Shown here: positions 55,621 to 64,000 of the stretch, one piece after another
Layout of the letters: every line of letters begins with the position of its first letter
Position numbering within the stretch: the stretch's first letter is position 1
NCBI RefSeq assembly: GCF_009914755.1
Contig: NC_060937.1
Reading direction: 5' to 3' (one strand)
Length of the DNA: 64,000 nt
From: the human T2T-CHM13v2.0 reference genome, Homo sapiens
The notes under the pieces: generated by a model
Database searches by the model: none
What the model saw: the letters and a program-made list of their open reading frames with translations, nothing else
Told to the model about the DNA's origin: nothing
Made by a program: the position numbers and the translations under genes

Positions 55621-58600
55621 AATACATAATATTGAATGCTACCTGTGTGTTTTATTAGTATTGGACTTACATTGCTTTTGAATTTTTAATTCTATATCCT
55701 ATGGTTTGTAACAACATAGTTTTCTTTTAAAGTAAAGAAGTATTGGGTTCCAAACATTAAAAAGGCATTTAGCGTAAATTATCCTTATAAATACTTTAAA
55801 ATGTATTGTATAATTATTAGTTGAATTTCTATTTAAATTCAAATAGTGCCAGAGAAATAACTTTTCAAATAGTATAATGAAAGAAACATTACACTTTATA
55901 TTTAATTTTTAAAATTATAGGCATTTGGTAATCATTAAATGACATGGGATATGGCTAATACATAAAAATTTACTGCACTAATTACAATCAGTGTACACAT
56001 ACAACAATCACAAAGAAACATGTGCTAGCATTCTTTAATCATAAATTGAAGGAGATGAGTCTACTGCAAGTGTTGGCCATCTGGCTAGGAAAATTTTCCT
56101 GGCATAGATGATTATGGATATTAAATATCCTTGACAGCTAGTTATCAAATGTGACACTGGCTTTGAGTGTGGAAATAGGAGAAAAAAATAAAGAAGTATC
56201 TGTTTAAATAAATAATAATCATATACAATAAGATACATTAATAAGCTTGTTGAAATAAGCCAAATAGATTGTGTGATACCAATATAATATATTTTGTTTT
56301 GAATGTTAATAATATTTTTCCATTAACATATTTTATTTAAATTCAACCTTTCAGCATGAATAAAATATTAAGATTGAAATGTACTCAACTAACAGCATAA
56401 ACTTTTAACCCACTTTATGTTTCTCAAATTTTATATAGGAAATTATAGATAATAATTTTTTTAAATGAATCAAATAACAGAATAACTTAAGTACTCATTT
56501 AAGAAAAAACACTACATTGCTTGCTAAAACCTTGAAAATAATTATTTTAATGTACATTTGGTCTACTTGTCATGATTAAGAATACTTCAAATATTGTGTA
56601 TAAAATTTTATATTTCAAATAAAATATTTTATAATTTCTTTCATAAAGAAACCTTTATGTTTTAGAAAATATCAAAAGTTTTTCCCTTGGCTATTCATCC
56701 AGATATAATGTAAACATGTCATTCTTCATCTGATTATTTGGTGCATATAAATCCCAATTTGGCCAGGAGAATTCCTATCATACATGTATTTGAATAGTTT
56801 AAATCATATGATTCAGCATTTATTACTTTTTTAATTTTAAATTCAGTCTTAGTATTAATATTTGCATTAAAATAAGCCAATATAGGTTTGGCAGAACTGT
56901 CCTTTGTGAAACTAGTTCTTTCTATGGTTTTGTCTAGTAGTCATACTTGAACATTTAGTTATATCTTTAAGATTACCTGTGACCACGATTTTCTGTATAA
57001 CCAATTCCAGAGCAATGTTACCAACACCTCCCTTTGAAGTGTGGCCTATTTGGTTGCTTGCTGGCAAGGAAAAATATGGACAAAAGGAAAGAAAAAATAT
57101 TTTGATAACTTTTTTTATTTTCAAACAAACATAAGTGAAGCAATATAAATAATTCACTCAAAGCATAAATATTTATTATTATATTTACTTTCAAAACCTG
57201 TGAAATTTGAAAGCTTTGCTGGTTGCTGACAAATTATATAGTCAACACTGCCTATCGCCATCATCATAAAAGCATTAACTTCTTATCGTATTCAACTTTC
57301 GTGTTAATAACAAAAATTGCTCCTAAAACTCTCAATACTCTTCAACAATTAAATGTCAAAATTTCATCAACTTTTCCTATTATCAAGCTGTTAAAATCAT
57401 TGTTATATGTAATTAAAACTAAATATAACTATTCACATTCTTCTAAATTACCCTTTTACACATTTGATACATAACAGTTTTTCATAATTTTTTATATTAT
57501 TCAGCAAATACACTAAAGGCTTTGTGTTGCCTACTCTTTTGTATGACGGATGAATATATACTCAGCTCTCTAGCCACTTTTTTAAAAGCCTAAACAGGGC
57601 CACAGTTAGGACATTTTATTCCCTCATTTGAATTATTACGTAATTTTTAAATTAAATTTGCTTTCATTAATTTCTCTTTTTACCATTTGTTGCAAATGAA
57701 CAACGAGGTGATTAAAAGATAGGTGGCAAGAACTACTGGGGGCAAAACAGACTCAAAAATAAGTGGGTCTTTTAATATTTTTTCAAGGGACTTTGCTCTA
57801 AACATTATGTTTATTTTAGAATTAAATAATGGAAAAATTTAGCAAAACAACTCAAAAAAAAATCCTGTGATTTTTAGCTGACTTTAGAGAGTGAATTCAG
57901 ACTATGAAGAATTAAACACAAGGAAAATATAACATTCAAATGAGAAATTGATGCCCAGGAAAATCTGGAATTGATGATAACCTAATCTGTGTGGGATGTC
58001 TGCCTAATTTATTTGTCATAGAACCATCTTGGATTTTTAAAACAAAGTGACAAATCATCATTATGAGTGGCAAAGGAAGAAGAGATGAAAAATGAATAGC
58101 AACATTTTGCAAGAATTTAAGCTTTTGGAGTGACTTCAAGTAAAGCAAAATTAGCAATCTATTATCATAATTAGGCCTAGTTTAGACAAAAGATATACCC
58201 ATGGCAAGGTCTGCATCCTAGTAAAATGAATGTTAGTAAGATATTACAACCCCTATTATTTTTGTTACTAAGTTGCTATTGTCATCTTTCCTCATTTTGG
58301 AAAACAACTGAAAGTGGAACATCTGCTTTTGATTAAATTGGTGTACCAGTATTTCCGTGCAAATCCCAATCATAATTAAAAGTTGCTATTCCTATCTTAT
58401 AAAAAGATGTTTTGAAAATTACATCTCATTTAGAAAAATTACTTACTTTTTTATGTAATAGTTATGCTTTTTTGTTTCTCAAAAATAAAATGAAGTAACA
58501 TGACCCATTGTGTAAAGGTGAAAGCAGTTGTTCTGAATACTCTTTAGCTCATGACACTTTTTTGCTGATTGTTGCCTTGGTGAATTTAGGTAATAATTAA

Positions 58601-59270
58601 GTATTCTAGACAGCGTTCATATCCTTTCCTTTCTAAAAGTTTATCAAAAGTGCAATATTGTCTAAGACTCAGTTATTTGATTTATGTCTGATAGTGCAAG
58701 GGAGGACTCAGCTAATTTTAAAAGAAAATGAGAGGAGGGATAAAACTTTCACTTTGCTTTTTGATACATTTAGCTTACATAAAATATAAGTATGGTCACA
58801 ACTAAACCCTTTTCTTCTTAATTCTCAAACTTGGGCATTTTCTATTGTTCTGTCCTTTATCTTCTTCTACACCTTTAGTTTACAATGTTTAGGAATGCCC
58901 TAATAGAGTCTGATTGGTTGCCACCCATTTAAAACAAATGTTTTGCAATATTCATCTCAGATTCCACTGGCATTTGAAACTCAAAATATATAATAGGAAC
59001 CATATATTCAACATTTTTTTTCTTACATTTCCCATTTCAGACATCAACTCCACTACCCTCCTAGGCACTCAGCAAGAAACTCATGAGTCATTCTTATTAA
59101 CCAGCCTTTCATTGTCTCTAGGTTTTCTTTAGTTAAGTTCATCAATTATGGCTAAACTATTGCAATAAACACCTAACTATTCTCAAGATAATATATCTAG
59201 GCAACAAATTAGATAATCTCTTTACCCAGATTAAAATCCTTTAATGACACACTATTAGTATTAATGTAAT

Positions 59271-59311
<41 letters not shown>
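59271..59311 (+). repeat. (CT)n(AT)n compound microsatellite
   Basis: About 11 CT units followed by about 10 AT units. Confidence 0.93.
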
Positions 59312-59549
59312 GGAGGATCTTAGTTTATCTTTCAATAACATAAAGCTCAAGAATCAACATTCACAAAAATTATTCCTGAGTCATCTCTAAAACCAATCAA
59401 TACCCCATCAGAGACTGAGCATATGTTACTATAATTGTTCTAAATATGTATTTCTCCAATGCATTTTTCCTCTGATCTGTAGAGCACTGTTACATATCTC
59501 CCCTATCAGAATACGAAGATGAGTCTAATACATGTGACTGTGAAATCAG

Positions 59550-62500
59550 GTGCCAGTAACCAAGCATCATTTATGTATCAAGCTACAATATAGGCTCAAA
59601 TCTATTAATCAACAATTTAAACCAAAGTGTGAGCATCAGAGAGCTTCTTTGGAAATATCAAGGAGAATCAATTTCTATGATTGGAAATCAGCAGTGAAGA
59701 CAATACACTGGACTTAATTGTAAGAATGTCAGACACCAGAGAAAGGTCACTTTAGGCCCAGATGCCAAAGTCAGGTCCTTTAGGGAGAGTGGAACTTTGA
59801 GATTTAGGATGGGGATGTCTGTGCATATGCACTTCAGAACCTTGAATTCTCAGATTATTATCTCCTCTTAACCTCTGTTTTTTTTGGAATTGGCTCATTA
59901 TGCTTGGTTGAAAAAATAGAGATTTTCTTTGTTTGATGACTGTGGTGATAACACAAATAAAACAGCTGCTTTACAAGACAAGGCTTTCCCTCTTTAGGAT
60001 CTGTCCCAAACTTCCTCTTCTCTCCAGGAGATCTACTACCAGACTAAGAAAGTGCTAGGCCTGCTAAGGGAAAAGAGCCATTGTACACAAAATGACTTCA
60101 ACACCTCTAAATAATAATAATAATTAGAAATAATAACTAATAAATGGATGAGGTTGCTCTTGGAAGTTTGAAAAAGCAACACTCCAAATTAAATAAAGTG
60201 GAGATGTAAGAACTTCCATCATCAACTCAGAGGAAATAATCCAAAAGATTAAGGAATTAAGTGGGGTAGAATGGGTTTGCTATAGAAGACAATAAAAAAA
60301 CTACAAGATGGCCACGTTCCTCAAAGCAGCTAGGAGGCTACTCTATTTAACAATGCAGTATGGAATGTAGTGTTGAAAAAATCAGTAAGGACTGACCTCT
60401 ATAAATCTAGAGTGATGGTAGGAAACATTATTAGAGAACTAGGCTTCTGTTATAAAGACATTAACACTTATATTTCATATAAAATATTGCTTTAATTGAT
60501 TGGTCAGAAAGGTAAAAATGTTATGGGTGGAAGATTGTTACAGGAACATAAAAATGACTCAGGGCAAGACAGGCATCAAATAAACATACTGAATATGTAT
60601 GCATATAAATTAATTAATATATGAACAAAAGGCTGAGGGCAGCCACCCGAACATCATGGAAAGTCATAATAGCTTGCTTAATTTCCAGACCTGATCATGT
60701 TTTCAGACAGAAACCGTGACCAGAAGACAAAACAGGTGGTTATGTGGAAAGACACTCATATCTCAGAAAATCTACACAGTAGAGATTCCCTCAGTTTTTC
60801 TCTTAAGAGATCTACTATTATTTGCCTACATAACCATACATGAGGTAAATTGGGATATCCGAATCTTTCAAGGGCTGGTGGATACAGTGTGCAAATGAAC
60901 ACCGGTACAAAATAACATAAGGCAGGGCGTGGATCTTAACTAAGAAACTATGTCCTGGACCAGGCCTAGCTTGCAAAGACATGGCCAGTGATAATGTCCC
61001 GGTTCTAAAGTATAAACTTGTAATAAACATGCTTCGCAGCTGACAGAAAAGTTCAGCTCAGTTTCCTTGACCTGGACCTGTTATTGGAGGAAAGGTGAAT
61101 CAGAAGTCCTAAAATTACTCAAATTCCCTCACCCTTAGTCAAGAAAACTCAAAGCAAAATTGTCTCCCATGAAAAGTGGCAGAAATTATTGCCACCCTCT
61201 AAGACTTGAAAGATGTAGTTTGTGACCATGATATCTCTATTTAATTCAACAGTCTGGCCTCTGGAAAAAAAAAAAAATCACATGGATAATGGCAGAGGCC
61301 AGTGGATTGCCACAAATTTAACAAATTAGTATCCCTAATTATAGTTGCCATGCCAGTAGTAGTATTCTTTCTTATGTGGGATAACGTTACCTGTGACTTT
61401 GATCTGGTGAATGTGTTCTTTAGTTTACGCATTGAAGAAACATTAGAAGCAATTCACATTGACTTAATATATACTCATTCTGTTTTTCTAGTGCTGTGTA
61501 ACTCCTCTGCCCTATTTTCTAATATAATCCAAAGGAATTCTGATGCTCCAGACATTTTGAAAAATATCACATTCATCTACCCATATTGATAACATAATAT
61601 TAATTGTGTTTGATGAGCAAGAAATGGCAAATGTTCTGAATGCCTTGCTAATACATATGTGCTCTAGAGCATGCAAGGTAAACCCTACAACAACTTAAGG
61701 GCTTGCCACATCAGTAAAGTTCTAGGGTCCAATTGTATAAGACATGCTAGGATATTACACCCCAAACTGAAAGGCAAGTCATTACACCTTATGCCTCTGA
61801 AAGCTAAGAAAAAAGAAAAAGAAAAAAAAAAAAAGATTGGAAGACATCTTTTGGTTTTGATATCAGCATGTTCCACACTGTGGAATACTGCTCTAACCCA
61901 TTCATTGTTGTATAAGGCTACTAAATTTGAATGAGGCCCACAACAGAAAAAGGGTTTGTTAACAACTCTAAATTGTGATATAAAAGGACCCACTGTTTGG
62001 GTTATATAAGATCCCATGGCACCTGAGGCATCTGTGGTAGAAAAAATATGTCATGTGGATTACCAAGTGTTTGCTAAGATTGACAAGTATTGGTAAAACA
62101 GTCATAGTGTACAGAAATGCAAGGGCTCTAGAATAAGGAAAGTCCATCTGCAGCAGAAAACTAGAAAATATTTGCACATCAGCTCTTGGCATATTTCTGT
62201 GACCTACTGGAAAGAGCATCTGATCACGGGACAGCAAGCGGCCACATGTCCTAAACTTTTCATATGAGGTAGACACTGGCAGATCCACGAAGTCGTAAGT
62301 GTGGGTCTGCAGCAATCCATCCCAAAATGGAAGAGAGCTCAAGCATACCCAGAGAGGACAAGTAAGCTGCCTAAACATGGCCCCAAACCCCACGTCGCCC
62401 GTTTTTTGTTTTTTTTGTTTGTTTGTTTGTTTTTTGGTAGAGGTGGGGTTTCACCATGTTGGCCAGGTTGGTCTCGATCCCTTGACCTCGTGATCTGCCC

Positions 62501-64000
62501 ACCTCAGCCTCCCCAAATGCTGGGATTACAGGCGTGAGCCACTGCGCCTGGCCCCCCATGTCACCTTCTAATGCTAAACCAGTGCCTCTTCCTCAATTGA
62601 TAGCTATGGCCCCATGGCCTCTCTATGAGGAGCTGATGAAGGAGGAAAACACCTGAACTTGGTTCATAAGTGGGTCAGCTTGGTATGACAATATAAGCTA
62701 AATATTGACTTTTTTTTTTTGTTTTTCACAACAACTGTTCTCAAAAACGGCCCTGAATGAGAGCAGTAAAAGAAATTCTCTCAATGTGCACAGACTAGGG
62801 TGGTTTCAGTGGAGATAGAAAAGCCTAAGAAAGGGTACACATACTCTTAGGCAATACAGATTGGCTTGCTTTGTGGGTCAGGTTATTGGAAAAAGTGATA
62901 TTGAAATAGTGATGACAAGGAGACCTGGGGAAGAGGTATGTGGATGGACCTATGGACACAGGAAACAAGTGTGAAGATCTTTGTATCACAAATCAGTGCC
63001 CACAAGAAGCATCACTAAACAAGTAAATAGAGAACTGATTATCCAGCCAATACATTTCTGCCAGTCTATGTTCTAAGTTAACACAGTGCTTATGCATTGG
63101 ATTCCTGAATATTAATGCTATGGTGGCAGAAGTATCTGATATGTATGGGCCCAATTGCACAGGGTTCTTCAAACCAAGTGCTGACTACTTATGCTACAGA
63201 ATAAATGACGTGCCAATGGTGGAGACCAAAACTGAGCTCCAAATATGATACCTTCATCAAATAGAACAACCAGCTTCTTAGATGCAAGCTGATTAGATCA
63301 GATCCCTTTCACACTGAACAAGCAATATTTCATGTTGATTGAGATTGTCAAATTTTTTTCATGAATTTGCCTTTATTGCCTATAGAGCCTGCAGAGGCAT
63401 TATCCAAGGGCTTCTAGATTATTTAATCTTCCAAAATGGGATCCCACATAACATCTCTTCACACCAAGGAACCTGCTTGCCAGCAAAGAATGTATACTGA
63501 GCACATGACAATGGAATCCATTTGCTCCATCCAAATGCTGCATTATAAGTTTCTTTCTGACAGAGCAATGAAATAGCATTCTGAAGACACAGCTGAGAAG
63601 CCAGCTAGGAGATGATAATCTTGGGAAAAAGGCTCTATCTTTCAAGATAGAATATATATCTTAATCCAATGCCATTATATGGTACTATGCCCATATCACA
63701 GTAGAATACATGAGCCCAGAAAACAAAAGGTGTAAGTAGGAGTGACCCCACCCCCTAACACTACCAGTGACCTGCTTGAGTAATTTGTGGCTCTCCTTCC
63801 TAGTTTCCAGAAGAAAAGTGCTTCCACTGGATGGGCACAGTAGGAGTCCCACTAAACCTTAGGCTGTAGCCACTAGCTGGCCGTTTTAGGCTCCTTGTGC
63901 TAACAGGCCAACAAGAGAAGAAAGGAGTTAATGTTCTGGTACAAGTAATTGATCCTGAGCATCATGAGGGGAGCAACTGCTGCCACATTAGAGGAGGAAA
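59550..64000 (+). mobile_element. Decayed class III (ERV-L-like) endogenous retrovirus internal region: gag-pro-RT-RNaseH-IN-dUTPase-like; runs off the window
   Basis: Broken peptides IFQGLVDT (protease, about 60865), DCHKFNKLV, DLVNVFFSL, NSSALFSNII, TATTGATAACATA (YIDD-like, about 61584), KLKGKSLHL, a WFTDGS-like site near 62660, and a dUTPase-like stretch near 63820; many stops and frameshifts. Left boundary approximate. Confidence 0.85.
62402..62553 (-). mobile_element. Alu left-monomer-only insertion inside the ERV-L
   Basis: T/GTTT tail, then only the left arm (GTAGAGGTGGGGTTTCACCATG...GCGCCTGGCC); flanks CCCCACGTCGCC / CCCCATGTCACC. Confidence 0.88.

Overview
AT-rich primate DNA, almost certainly human, containing the SLITRK5 locus (13q31). 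The locus is recognised from a 958-aa single-exon ORF (16992-19868, +) with two LRR modules, a transmembrane helix and a Trk-like tail. Upstream lie a CpG island/promoter (about 12.7-16.4 kb), at least two non-coding first exons spliced to an acceptor at 16983/16984, and probably the divergent lncRNA MIR4500HG on the minus strand (recalled, not proven from sequence). The rest is gene-poor: Alus, a 5'-truncated L1PA3-like copy with a clean TSD, older L1/L2/MIR fragments, MER3 and MER82 DNA transposon fossils, microsatellites and a decayed ERV-L internal region at the right end. I see no convincing new multi-gene system. The best leads are post-transcriptional: isoform-specific uORFs arranged around two in-frame SLITRK5 start codons, and a pair of sequence-related hairpins in the 3' UTR. 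Repeat subfamily names and motif calls are by eye and need computational confirmation.
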